This document shows positions 1-13,710 of a DNA stretch of 64,000 nt, in pieces. Numbering within the stretch: position 1 is the stretch's first letter; each line of letters opens with the position of its first letter. The DNA lies in the NCBI GenBank assembly GCA_013265495.1, contig MU058844.1, positions 9,754,184 through 9,818,183 on the forward strand. The letters run 5' to 3'. A program made the position numbers and the translations under genes. This DNA is from Vicugna vicugna (lineage: Eukaryota). The notes below the pieces were generated by a model, which worked only from the letters and a program-made list of their open reading frames with translations, searched no databases and had not been told where the DNA came from.

Positions 1-160
1 TGTGTCTTTTTTTTTTTAAAGAGATTCCACATGTAAGTGATATCATATGGTAAGTCCTTCTCTGCTTACTTCACTTACAAGGACAATCTCCAGGTCCATC
101 TCCAGGTCCATCCATGTTGCTGCAAATGGCATTATTTTATTCTTTTTTATGGCTGTAATT
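1..160 (-). mobile_element. L1 3' region fragment, cut by the window edge
   Basis: gattccacatgtaagtgatatcatatgg...tccatccatgttgctgcaaatggcattatt is the typical antisense L1 ORF2-end/3'UTR sequence. Confidence 0.75.
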
Positions 161-399
161 TCTCTTTCTCTTATTCTTATATGTCAGTTCACCATATATT
201 CTGTCTTGCACTAATATATGTAGTGTCTTTTTGTCTTTCATATCAAATGCAATCTCAATTATATCTCTGTGGCTTAACATAATAAAACTTAACTGTAATT
301 TTATGAAACTCAAATATATTTATCATTAGAACAATATTCTCTTCATTCCTGAGACTAAAAGAAGAGTGATCAACTCATTCTCATAATTTATACAATTAG

Positions 400-1070
400 A
401 GTAACTGGAAATTCATTGAAGGCTTTAAACAAGGAAGTAACATCATCTGATTTGGGTTTAAAGAGATCAGCTTGAAAACTAAGGATGTCAGGTTAATGCA
501 GTGGTAGCAATAATGAAGAACAGGACTAATATGACAGCAGTGCAAGTGGAGGGATGTGTTCAGACAGCATGGTTGAAACAAATCATCAGCAGAGTAGAGG
601 AGGAAAAGAATGCTGCCTGGATTTTCACTTTCTGCAGTCAGATGAGTGATGGTGGACCTTAATGAGGGAAGAAAGATTGGAGGATGAAAAGGTTTAGTGC
701 TTATACCACACTCATTTTGAGAGATATATTTGACACATCTGCCCAATGGTATCAGTTGCTCCAGTAAGTATACTGAATGGGCTCTAGGGAACACTGGAAC
801 TGGAAGTAGATACTGGAGAATAATGACTATATAGGTAGACTTTAAAGCCATAGGACAGGATAAGGTCACTTAGGGTAAGGTCTAGGTGTTGTGTGTTGAT
901 AAAGGAAAGGGCTAACTACAGATCTCTGAACACTCCAATACTTAGATTTAAAGAGAGAGAGAGAGAGAGAGAAAAAAAAAAAAACATGCCAAGGAGACTG
1001 AGAAACAGCTATCAAGGAGGTTAAGAGAAAAATCAGAAGGGCAGATCTTACAGAAACCAGAAGTCCAAAC
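400..1070 (-). mobile_element. Degenerate L2 LINE fragment (approximate bounds)
   Basis: Purine-rich plus strand with L2-like motifs (tttaaagccataggacaggataaggtcacttaggg, ccaaggagactgagaa). Confidence 0.55.
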
Positions 1071-1795
1071 ACCACAAAGAGGAGACGTTGGACAACTGGG
1101 AAGAAGGCTAAGTTGTCTAGATTCCATCTCAAATGTGGAATTGCACTAACAAGCCTTCATTTAACATTTACTATAGAAACATTATGCCAGGTACTCTGGG
1201 GAATAGTAACAAAGAGACACATTTAGTGACCTAGAAAATAAAGCCTCTAGATCAAAGTTTATCTCACTATTTGTAAAGGTCTACAGTAGCCTACATTTAT
1301 CATGGAAACACTGTATGTTTGAGTGTGTGTGTGTGAGTGAGTGAGTGTGTGTGTAAGCCTAAAGTCACTGAAAAGGTTGTAAAGCTGGCTTAAAAGCAGC
1401 ATAGCTTCTGGACAGGAGGGAAAATGTAGGCACAGAGAAAAGGATACTTGATGGTAATCAGTGTAGCCTAGTGAGAGACCACAGGAGAGGACCACAATGC
1501 TTTGTTGGAGTCAAAGACTCTAGGACCTTGGCACAACTCTGGGAGTTAGAGAAAAGCCCTAATAATAGACAGAAATTGAATTTCCCACTGGGATTCAATT
1601 CAGTTAAAAAACAAGTATGTTATTATGGTTAATGATGTTTAAGCAAGTAGGGTAACCAGTTAGTTTTAAAATACAAAACTAAAGTTGTAAGAGCAATCTT
1701 TACCTATACTTTGAATGATTTCTATGTAAAAAACACATTTAAAGAGCATTTTCTTGAATGCAGAAGTATATATACATATACAGGATGTTACTTAC

Positions 1796-2119
1796 GGCCA
1801 GGCAGGGTTTGGGTAGATATCCAACTTGAAGCGTTGCCATAGCCGGCATTGGTGCTGGCGGCCACTTGGAATCTATACCATCTATATTTCTTCAACCCGT
1901 ATATGGTCTCTTCAGTTAGGTCAGCTTCATAGAGGTACTGAATTTTTTGATATTCAACACATTCTTCTGATTCCCATTCTCCGCATTTTTGAGCCCGAAG
2001 TTGAGTGGTAATCTTGTAATTTTGGAAGTAGCCAAAGATACTGTCAGGTCTCATCCATGTCAGTGTTGCACTAGTTGACTGAATGTTGGAAAAAGCAATA
2101 TTTGTGGGAACACTGGGAA
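1796..2119 (-). CDS. PTPRQ: PTPRQ internal coding exon (324 nt, phase 1-1), FN3 repeat with a Cys-containing insert
   Basis: tactttttag|TT ... GGCC|gtaagt; [35 protein letters not shown]...[34 protein letters not shown]. Confidence 0.95.
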
Positions 2120-3179
2120 CTAAAAAGTAAAGGGAAAAATGAAAAACAACTGTAATTACCAAACATTGTGTAAACAAAGAAAGAAACAGGATTTACAAAT
2201 ATTTCTTTACTGTGCACATGTGGTGATCTCTTATTTCAACTGCCCTTAGAGCATTTAATGAACAGAAGCTTGAGGTGATGCTTCAGAGACCAATGTCTCA
2301 AAGGGTTACAGGACAAAACAATTGTGATTTTTTTTCATTCCTAATTTTGCTCCCAAATTCACTCACAAGTTGTTTACAAACCTGAAACTAACACTGTAAA
2401 TCAACTACACTTCAATAAAATGTTTTTTAAAAAATAAAAAAAAATAGTTTTGACACAACATGAAAAAAAAGCTTACTTTAGTTCCCCATATAAGCAATGG
2501 TACAAAGGAGAGCTGCATGCTCATATAATCCTATGTATTTCCTAGGTATGGTCTGAGTTTTTAATATTCATTTCCCAACAAAGACATTCTTATATTTAAA
2601 TGTCTAGATAGACACAAGTACATCTTATATATAGTAAATGTTGATTATAAAATAAATAGATAAGATCATTAAAGAAACTGATATAATTAGTTAATTTTTA
2701 TCTTGCATATATTCAAATTTAGTAAAATTCTTTCCAGAGCATCATTAAGCAAACTGGTATTAACACACACAATAAAGTATCTGTAAGTCACCTACAATCA
2801 CATGGTCCTACTTGGAGTCACTCATTAGATTTCATATTAACCACTGGTTTCCTATATGCATACCCTGCATTAGGCTCTGAGCCTGGTGTTAGGAAATTAA
2901 GTTACATAGGCTTATGTTTTCAAGAAACAGCCATTTATCAGACAAATAATATAAGCACACTATGGTTAGAAATATAAAAGAACAATGAATTAGGTGATAA
3001 GGCCACTTTGTCACCTATGCCTGTCCCTGTATATGTGCAAGAGCCTTTGCTCAGAAGGCTGAGACAGAAAGAATGATAACAATGACTTGTACACAAATAA
3101 CACAACTGATAAAAACTGTACGTTGCCAATCACATTGAAAATAATAAAGTTAATAAATAAATGATGCCTGTATCTATCG

Positions 3180-4180
3180 TATTAATTCAACATTCAATAA
3201 GTATCTAATGAGCATCTAATTTATGCCAAGTACTACTGGAAGTGCTGGGAATACAATGAATAAAACAGACAGAAGTCCCCACTCTTTGGTAATTTATATT
3301 CAGGAGGTTTATACACAAGTATAAACAACTATTATATACAGTATTTTGGATGATGACTAGTGCTATGGGAAAAAAATGGAAGAGAAGAAAGGAAGAGTTC
3401 CAAGGGTATTGAAATTTTAAATTGAGTAGTCAGAAAGAAAGCCTCACTGATTAAGAGACATGAAGTTCCTGATGAAAAGGGGGGAACTAACCATGAATAT
3501 TTGGAGGAAGAACATTCCCAGCAGAGGGAGATGCATGATTAAAGGCCCTGTGTTGAAACCATGCCTGGAACATTTGAAGAATTAAAAAAAAAAAAAAAAG
3601 GCCACTGTAGCCAGTAGGAATTTGGAGGTATGAGAAGGAACACTGAAGACTGGATTGTGTATGATAGTGTAAGAACATTGTTATGACTTTCACTTGAGTA
3701 AAGGAGTTACAGGCTGTAACCTTTGTTTGCACAGAGTCACTCTTGCTACTGTGTTGAGAATAGACAAGGGAGAGAAGGGCAAAAACAGGGAGAGTAATTA
3801 GTAGGCCACTGCAGTGTCAACACAAGATCAGTGATGGCCTGGACCAGGGCTGCAGCAGCAGAAATGAAAGGAAGTATTCAGGTTCTGAATATAATTTGAA
3901 GGAGGACTTGCTGATGTGTGACATGTGGGGCGTTAGAGAAAGAGAGGAGCAGGGGAAACTCTAAGGCCTTTGGATTGAGCAAACAGAAAGACTGAAGTCA
4001 CTATTAACCAAGAAGAGAATGACTGTGGAAGGAGCTTTGGGGAGTAAGATCAAGAATCTACTTTGAGCATGTTAACTTTCAAATGCCTGTCAGATACCCA
4101 GAAGGAGTTATCAAATAATAGATGGATGCATGAGTCTGGAGTTCCATAGAGAGGTCTGGACTTGAGTTAAAATTTTGGAT
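3180..4180 (-). mobile_element. L2 LINE 3' portion (approximate bounds)
   Basis: Starts attcaacattcaataagtatctaatgagcatc...tgctgggaatacaatgaataaaacagac, the antisense L2 3' end, followed by about 1 kb of L2-like sequence. Confidence 0.7.
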
Positions 4181-5139
4181 TTCCTCTTAAATTTTTACTG
4201 AATTATCTACTGACTGCTTTTATATATGCCTAAATCTGGAAGAGAAGAGAAAGTCTAATGCACCAGAAAACTACTAGTAAGTTACTTAAAGCCATATGAT
4301 CAGATTCAATTACTCTGTTTTCAAATACTAATGTTTATCATCAAATCTTACTGTATTTCATCAAACACTAATCTTTAAAAAAGTAGCTTTATGAGCACAA
4401 CACTTGATACACTACTTACAACAAACTCCCTCTCCTATCTTTAGTTATTTAAAAGAGAAATTGGAGAAAAAAGTTATTTTTTAAGGAAAATGTAAAATTT
4501 ACTTTTATAGAGGAAGACATTTTAGAACTGGCTAAAAAGTAGAATTTCTACGATTTATTGAAATCCTTCGGCCACTAAGTTTGAATTCAGCCCACTTGGA
4601 GATAAGACACATTTTCAAAATATCCTAATACAAAGCAGAGAAATATGACTGATTTGAGGGGTTCAGGAAAAGTTTTAAGAGAAAATGTTGCATGTGAGAT
4701 GAGATTGCACTTATTGTGAAGGTAGAGATTCTCGAAGATGGGGTAATGTGATCTAAGTCAAGTTTGACTACAGCTTATGGCTCATCTTGGCAATAACAAA
4801 GAGAAATAGTCTAGGGATAGACTATGTCAGAGGGACTTTTACATAGCCTGTCAGGTGATGGAAAGCTATCAAGATGTCAGAATGAGATGTTCAGAAGTAC
4901 ATTTTATCAGGTCCAGTCTGATGACCGCACAACAGGAAAAGGGACAAATTCATAGACTATTTGATTAGTTCACCAAAGAAGACATAAGATGGTAGCAATA
5001 GGAAAGAAGTAAATTTTTAGATCTATTTGGTGGTTGAATCCATAGAACAGGCAAACGAATCAGAAGATCACGGAATCAGAATTTGAAGGCAGCTCAGAGA
5101 TGCTCTTGGTCAACTTGTCTTTTTATGGCTGAACTTTAC

Positions 5140-5735
5140 GGAGGCAGACATCCCCCAGGAACCCTGGTACCTACAACTGCTTCCAGCCTTTCAACCAAAC
5201 ATTAATGTAAGTGATGATGGGAAAAAATTTGCAGCTGTAATTAAGAATCCAAATCAATTTACTTTAAGATGGGGAAAGAGTACCCAGTGGACCTGATTCT
5301 ATAACATGAGTCTTTTAGAAGTGAAGAGTTTCCTTTGCTAGTTACAAAAGAGGAAGTAAGGTATTCTAGGGAGGAGATCAGATTCAAAGGACAAAAATGT
5401 CTCCATCGCTGGCTTGGAAGAAGGTCAGGGCCACATGATAAAGAATTCAGGACATCTCTAAGGAGCTGAGGGCAGCCCTTGGCTAAAAGCCAGCCAAGGA
5501 AATGGGGATCTCAGTCCTGCAACTGTAAGAAACTGAGTTCTGCCACACCACGTGAGCTGGGAAGAGGACATGCACTCCACCTGAGAATACAGCTGATCAA
5601 CATCTTGATTTGACTTTGTGAAATCTTGTGAGACTGAGGAGAGAATCCAGGCACAGCCCGCCCATCTCTAACCCACAGAACTGTACAGCACGAAATGAGT
5701 TGCTTTAAGCCACTGAGTTTGTGACCAAAAAAAAA
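5140..5735 (+). mobile_element. MaLR (MLT1-type) solo LTR (approximate bounds)
   Basis: Motifs tttgcagctgtaattaag, ggagctgagggcagccc...gccagccaaggaaatggggatctcagtcctgcaactgtaagaaactgagttctgcc and cccacagaactgt...tttaagccactgagtttgtg. Confidence 0.75.
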
Positions 5736-7429
5736 TCAGAAAATGAATTCAACTTCCCTCGACCAAATGACCAATCTCTACTTATCTAGCCTGTGCTTAA
5801 TTTTTTAGAGCAAAGGAAACCTTAAAATCTTGAGAGGCTTTATTTTAAAATAGATTCCCAGACAGCTTTATTAGTTTGCACAGCCTTCGTTATTTTGAAC
5901 AGCTATCTGTCTTCTGATAAATTCTAGTTCTACACTGATAACCCACCTCAAATAGGCCTAATCCCATTTTCATCCCCACTTCACTCCAACATTTATACCA
6001 AAGATCTAGAAAGGTTTTGTTTTGCATTCATATCAATGAAAAAAATTGAGCAATTACTCTAAAATGTATTTTTATACATTATGCACATTATATACATATA
6101 TAAATGCCAAACTACATGTTAGATTGTGTCTCTAAAGGTCTAGATCAATTTCTGGAACAAAACAAGCATTTAATAAATATTTTTTCAAAGTATCAACAAA
6201 TGAATGGAAGGGTATAACAAGAGACTAGATTTAGATAGATGGTCAGGAAAGGCGATCCTGATGAGTTATAATTTAATCAGAGATCTGACAGCTCAGATGT
6301 AGCTTCCCTGGGTGAAAAACATCAGCATGTGTAAAGACTCTGAGGGAGAAGAGAAAGTGGTACATTGGAAACACATGAAGAGGCTGCTACATCCTCAAGG
6401 AGATGAATACGCAGACAGAAAGTCGGAGATGTCGGCCAGAATCAGATAATGCTGAGCCTTCTAGACTGGATTCAAGATTTTTAGTTATATCCAAAGTACA
6501 GTGGGAATCTTGGCAAGTTTTATATTGACTTTTCATTTGAATTAAAACCATAGACTGCTCTTTCCCCGAGAGAGCCGGGGATGATGATCCAGACATCTCC
6601 CTTTCTTTCCAGTCCTTCACCAACTACCCCTTCCATGTTTCAGTGTCCTTCCCCTGGGGTCTACTAAGCAAATAGAAGTAGGAAGAACAAAGGATGCTTT
6701 AGCTATCCAACGAACTGGAGAAAGCAGGGGAGGCTACCCTTTCCCTGTCTTTCAGCAGGAGTGATGACTGGATGCCTGTGACTCTGTGATCAACATTTTC
6801 CCCCTCCAACGTTCAGATTTGCAGAAAGAAGACTTTAATGGCAACGTTTGTTGCACAATAAAAATTTTCAGCAGATGGATATTGTCCACAGACTCCAGTA
6901 TTCTCCAAATCAGCGTTGCAGAGAAGAAAAGGTCTAAACAGGATTGTGCTTTAACTTGACACATAAGATAGTGCTTTAACTTAACAAGATCCATACAAGA
7001 ATTATTTTTAACCTGACTAAAGGGAAAGTGACAATAATTGCAGTTGCCTCCCATGTGACAGGCACAGTGATGGACTTTGTTCAGACACCCAGGGTCCAGT
7101 ACACACGGGCACACAGTAAGTGTTGACTATGTAAATAAATCACGGTTCACGAAAAAGTCCTTTGGTTTTCATGTGGTACAAAATTTTGTCCACATTCTGC
7201 ACTCACATGTGTTTAGATTAGACTCAGAAATAAGTCTAATCTGAGGCCAAATACATAGTATAGCTGGCAGACTTTTTTTTAAACAAGGCTACTTCAGAGG
7301 CACAAATAAGTGACTAGCAGTAACCCTCACTAATATCCAGCATCTTCTCTTTTGATGAACTGTGTGTTGAACTAGACTATTTCAAGGCAACTGCCCTATT
7401 GAATTACAGATAGAAAAAGGATTACACCC

Positions 7430-7640
7430 ATTTTAGCATGGAGAATCAGATTTCCATTCTTTAAGAATGACTAAAAACCTCAAACTTTTTCTGTCCACAG
7501 ATGGTACTAATTTGAACACATCATTCCATGCTTCCTGGAATAATCATGCAGCTTGCTTAGATTTTCTAAACATGACTGAACTGTGATGAAGCGATCAACA
7601 TTCACTGCCAAGGTATTCTGTACATTACATTTTTATTCAT
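7430..7640. promoter_or_regulatory. Candidate myogenic long-range enhancer (MYF5/MYF6 landscape) in a PTPRQ intron
   Basis: Apparently unique sequence with TCAGATTTC (7446-7454), CAGATG (7498-7503), CATTCCA (7522-7528), TAATCA (7541-7546) and, on the minus strand, TTCAGTCATGTTT (7568-7580); function inferred only. Confidence 0.4.
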
Positions 7641-10600
7641 AAATTATTCTTATCAGTGAAATACTTTCATAATGGTTGAACTGAAAGTCTGTAGACCTAT
7701 ATGAGTAAAATCTGTTACAGGTTTAAATGCATGTCAGTTTTTAGTGATTATTTAGTAGATTCCACTTAGAAGATGGAAATGTGTATAAAATATAATTATT
7801 CCCTAAACTTCTGAATGTCAGTTATTAGAATCTGCCAACCTTTCATGATAGGAATCTGATGGTATAGTCTGTATTAACTTCTCACTGACCTGGTTAAGAA
7901 TACTAACATGGAAGACTAAGTTTCCTTAATTCTTTATTCATGACTATATATATATATTTATCTTCAAGCACAGATATACTTCTTTTAAGCAAAATAGATG
8001 TCTGAAAATCTATATTTATAAATTATATTTATACAGCCTACAAAAAATACCAACACAATCTATTCAGTTTATTAAGAATATTTTTGTCTCTACTTACTTT
8101 TAATAAATGACAAAAAAACCAAGGTACAAATATATGACCTGAGCCTACAAAAATAAAAGTACAGTTTACTAACACTAACGTAATATGTATCAATATAAAC
8201 AAAGAAATTCATGAAAAGTAGGTGCAAAGAAAATTTCGGCAAAGCAGAAATGAATTTTGCACTAACTTGAATTTCATCAGTATCATTTACTGGACATTCC
8301 TATTAAGTGGTGTGGGCAAGTTTTAAGTATTAGGATATATGCCCTTTTTCTTACCTTTATGGAAAATAATTTAGCTAACAGAAACTACCATAAAGAGGTG
8401 ATGCCAAAAGGAAAGGTTCGATGGAAGGAGAAGATCTGGGAGGTATAACTTGAGGGAACAACTGATGATCAGTAGAGGTGTGGGAGCAGTAATGTCTAAG
8501 TAGATTAATACAAGGAGAGAGATACATGTGGCGACAAAATGTTTGTCAAGGACTGGGAAGCATAGCAGATGGGAGAAAAGAAAGTCTAACGAAGTAATAA
8601 GAAAAAAAGGGAGGGCATCAAGTGTGGTGTCCTTGAAAGGCACTGAAAGTCTGAGAGATGAATTTAGATCACTTCTGCAGAACTTAGAGCACTACTGACT
8701 GAGATTAATTGGTAAGAAAATCCTGAGCCTCCGTATAGTTATTAGGAAAAGGTAATTTTGATAGAAACTGGCTAGAGGTTGTATACATGCAGTACAATGG
8801 AGAGTACAATGATAACAAAGGACGATTAGGAATTGAGCTAAAAGAATAGGCAAATAATATTGGTAAAATTGGTTAGAGATGAAATGGGAGTCAAATAAAT
8901 GGCACAAACTCAGGAATTAGGTTAACAGATGAAAAGGACACTTCCTAGAAGCAGGCTATGATTTGACTCTGATAGGACGGCAAATAATGAAAAGGAAAAA
9001 AAACAAGACTGTAACTCTCTGTGAAAATACAGACAAATTAAATGAACAAGAAAAATTCAATAAGCTGTGGTACTGAGATCAAAGATGTATTTCTCTCCCC
9101 CAAATCATATAAACAGTACTCAACAATAGCCTTACGTAGTAAATACTAAGGACGTCTAACTTCGCTGTTTCTAGAATGTCTCTCAGTATAGGGAGGCGGC
9201 ATAATTATCAAACACATTTGTGTAAAACTATTTCTTAAGCTCCTAATTATTCAGTTCAGGTATACTTCTCTCTGGCAATCCGGCTTAATCTACAGACAGA
9301 TTTTGGAGTAGCTGAAACAAAATTTACCAAAATATACTACATAAAACATGATTTTAGGTGATACTAAAAGCTGAGAAATTATTAATATGCCAAATTAAAT
9401 CATCTTAAAATATTCTATTTGCATGAAGGAGAACTGAGACAATATCTATAAGCAGAACTAAAGTTTCTGAAAAGAAATTTTAAGCGTCTGCCACAGTGCA
9501 TGTACAGCAGACAACAGGGGAACCAAAATAATTCTATGGACCACAGCTATAATAGTATTAATGTTTAAATCAAATATTATTGACAAATAACTTATTTATA
9601 AAATATCTCAGTAAAACTTCTGGGGACAAAGTCACTTTTTTTGGAGAACACAACAAGGAAGATGGATTATACATGTTTTATTTGGAGGCAAAGTGAGTTG
9701 ATTTGTTTTATAGAGTCATTAGTTTGACAGCTCTACATAGCAAGTCTTCTCATGAGAATATCCATCAAAAATGACAACCTTGATTTGAAAGAGTTTATCA
9801 GAAGCAGTTCTTAGGGGAGTAATTATATAGCAGAGTTAACTGTCTATTCAGATCACTCTAATACCTGGAGACTAAACTGAACCACTGACTGATGAAGATA
9901 TGAAAAAGATATACTGGTTAGTGGTGATCTGCTTGAGGATGGATGCGACTAAAGAAAATGTTAGTTTCATATTAGCATGAACAAAGAGCGATGCCTTGGG
10001 AAAAGACGCTTAGGTTAGAATAAACAGAGGTCAGGAAAAAACAATTTGGGATAAATATATGTGTATATATAAGCTTCATAAATTTGCATATAAGCTTTGA
10101 AACCATAAGAGTAAATAAACATTTAAGGGGGGTAGAATTTACAGTATCAGAACAGCAGATGATGAAAAAACTTGTCTATCAAGTCAATAGTTAATTGAGG
10201 GTAGATTAGAATAGGAAAAAGAGATCATAAAAAACTTATGTAAGCCAGTAATTTCAGGCACCCATTGATACTTAAGAAATAACTGTTTAACAAATAAATG
10301 AGTAAGTGAACAAACTAGTGGAGGGACACACGGATACATGGATGAATACACGGATTTCAAGAAGACATGTCACCGATGCCATCACTAATGTTGACTGATG
10401 AACAAGCATCAGCAATGCTGACTGTAATCAAATGCTACTTAAACCATTCTTTTCTAAAGACTGTGGCTGTATAGAAAACCTTGATGATTAAAATAGAAGG
10501 AGTCCTGGATCTAAAGTCTGGGGAAAGCTCTATAGACAGAAGAATTTAGATTTTTCAGGGATTCCATGAGAGAGAGAGAAAGAGAATAAAAGGAGAGGTG

Positions 10601-10929
10601 TAAGGAGAAACAACAGAGGAGACAAGGTCAAAGGACAGAGTGAGACTGGAGGCTCTGTGAAATAATGTAGCCAATATAAAAATTCCTGATTGCCCAAACA
10701 TTTTTAAGAACAAAAACACTGTTTAATTTATATATTAAATATATAAATAGTATATTACTACAATTGTAAACTCCTCCTCTATGTACTTACCACAAAATGT
10801 TCAGTAAGGCTATTATACAGAAAACTGCTCAGTGTGATGAGAATTGTCAAAATCATGCACAAAATAATTTTGCAGAAGTAATCAAAAATTTATATAAAAA
10901 TACTCCATTACTCAAACCTAGTAAGTTTG

Positions 10930-12340
10930 GGGGATATGTTCTGATGATACCAGAATAGCTTGTGTCACGCTAATCCTTCTGCAGGTAACAACCATGACCT
11001 CTGTCGGGGAGGGAGGGCGTCAGGGAACCGGATGTAGAATTGCCAAAGCAGCTGAAAAAGGAGAGAGCCATAAAGGGGTTAGACCCAAATTCTGGGTCAA
11101 AACTCCCTAGAAATCCTTGGCTAATCTCTTAATTGTGAAAGTATGAGGGACACACCAAGAATCAAAGTGGAAAGCAACAGATAAAAAACTTAGTAGAAAT
11201 TTTGGTTGCTTCCCACTGCAGGGGAGACAAAATTTGGAGTCTGAATCCCACCAAATTAAGGAATTGGTAAACAGCAGGCTTCAATTTAAAATCCCAAAAG
11301 GGCCATGCATTTACTTTGCTCTATGTCACAGGACTAAGGTTTTGTACTTCTACAAATAAGGCTGAATCCAAAGCCACACATTCACAAAACTTTCATGCAG
11401 TAATTTAATGGCCTGTTAGAATAAAAGCCAACACCCGTCAAAAGAAGATACCAAAATTCAGTTTTTTTTTCTTTTTTTCAAAATTCAGAGTTTCTGAAAA
11501 ACTTTACCAACAATGTCCAATATAAGTTTAAAAATTACTGGGCAGGCAGGAAAATTGCTGACAGGAAAATATGACTCGTAGTCAGAAGGAAAAGTGTTCA
11601 ATACAAAGAAATCACAGGGTAACTCAGGTGTAGGAATTAGCAGAAAACTAATTTAAGGAAGTTATCATAAATATTTCATTTGACATAACGGAAAACACAG
11701 TCATAATTCGAAAGCAAATGGGGAGTTTCTGCAGAGAAATGGAAATAAAGAAACAGAACTAAAGGGAAATTACAGAATTTAAGAGTATAATATCTGACAA
11801 GAACAGTTCATTGGATTTGTTTAATACCAGATAAAGATGGCAGAATACAATCAATGAATATTATGTCACATCAGTAGAACTCCGAACTACAGAACAAAGG
11901 GAAAGAAGTGAAAAAATTCAATAAAATCTCAGCCACTTGAGAGGTATGTAATTAGAATCTCAGAAGAATAGAAGAGGGCAGGAAAAAAACTTGAAAAAAT
12001 AATGGCCAAAAATTTCTCAAATTTTGGAAAGATACTAATTTACCAAAACACAAAGCTAAATGAACCCACAGCAAAATAAATGCAACAAAACCCACACTAG
12101 CCATATTATTGTCAAGCTGCTTAAATGTAAACGTAAAGAAAAAAATCTTGAAAGTGTCAAAAAAAAAGTATTTCATACACAAGAGCTAATGATATAAATG
12201 GCAGCTGACATCTCCTCAGAAACAATGAGTACTAGAAGACAAAAAAAATGACATCTTTAAAGAGAAAAATATTGGATGGTGGGACTATCAACACAGAATT
12301 TTATATCTAGGGGAAAAAAATCCTTCAAAGCTGGAAGCAA
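10930..12340 (+). mobile_element. Old L1 (L1M-type) 5'UTR/ORF1 remnant (approximate bounds)
   Basis: A-rich strand bias with decayed ORF1 motifs (aataatggccaaaaatttctcaaatttt, gcagctgacatctcctcagaaacaatg, cagaattttatatctag). Confidence 0.65.
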
Positions 12341-13629
12341 AATCTTCACTTTTAAAAAGTCCTACCTAAAGTAGGTTAATTTAATCAGTAACAAATGTCA
12401 GAAAATTAGGCTAGTGATTTTTTTTAACACATCCTTTAATTGGTAAAGATTACATTATGTGATCCATATGGAATAATATGTGTTACCTTTCTAACACTGC
12501 AAATGCTTTTAAAGTAATAATTCTTCATAATAAGGTATCAAGGCCCAGAACCAGTGAGTAATTCAAGGATGCAGTGAATAATAGGTTGTGATATTTAAAC
12601 GACAGCGATAGCACTAATATACTAAGAAATGTTACTTAACCTGAATTTTGAAAGTATTCATCATATAGTGGCTGCTATTTATTCACGTCTTATATGTATA
12701 TGATGGCTTTCTCCCATAAGCTGTTCTCTTGTATACCATGAAACTTGTAATATTTGAAATCCACTACGTTGGGGTTTACAATAATTTGTGCAACCTATTT
12801 GTTTAAAACCTTTTCTTTATATTTATACTGCATTGATTTTTTAATTGTCTAAATTAATGTAATATTGTTAATGAAATTTCACTATCATTAAAACTTGTTT
12901 ATTTCACATTTCAGAGTTTCTACACCATTAATGTTTTTCCCTGAAGTTTACAATCTTACAGGAACCACAAGTACATTCCTGAAGCTTTCAAGTAATATGG
13001 TTACCAGAAAGAAAGAAAAAAGAAGGGGTTTTGCATGTTCACACACTTGCATAATTTACTTAAAAAGGGAAGTAAAAGAGAATAAGGGAAAAAATGAGGT
13101 GAGATGGAGAGGGGAGGTTGATCTGTAAAGGCTGTTATGAAAAGTATCAGCTACAGCTGCATAGGACAGGAATGGAAAATAGGGTAATAAGATATGCCCC
13201 AGTTCCTAAATAAGTTAATAAAAATGCTGCTTGGAGAACAGCTGGCTTTGGCTGGAGCTGGGCTGAAGAAAAGAGTGGATGCTGGGAGTCCACTTAATGA
13301 AAGGTATTAGAGCATCAATGAGGTCAGGAGAATTATGCAGAGTAACTCAAATTCATTTTTTACAGAAGGAACTGCATTTAAAAGGACTTTTAAATTTATA
13401 ATTTAGAATTTGATATCTAAGACAATTTCATAGTAGCAAACATTACACTTTGGAACTGATCCAGGATAAAAAATGTGATACGTGTCTAGAAACTATAAAA
13501 TTTCTCAGAATACCTTCAGTATTTTACAGATCTTATCACATTAACTCATAGTATTTTTAGTATTATAGGGTAAGCACATAGTTGATAATAGAAATTTAGT
13601 TTTCCCAAATTTTAAAACCATATTTGGAC

Positions 13630-13710
13630 AAAAGTATATACATGCTTACAACATAAAAATCCCTGCACAAAAAGTATATACATGCTTACAACATAAAAAT
13701 CCCTGCACAA
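13630..13710. repeat. Perfect 40-bp tandem duplication
   Basis: aaagtatatacatgcttacaacataaaaatccctgcacaa at 13631-13670 and 13671-13710. Confidence 0.97.

Noticed and set aside
396..869. Longest ORF in the track (157 aa)
   Set aside because: Overlaps decayed L2-like sequence, has no recognisable domain and no place in the spliced PTPRQ frame.
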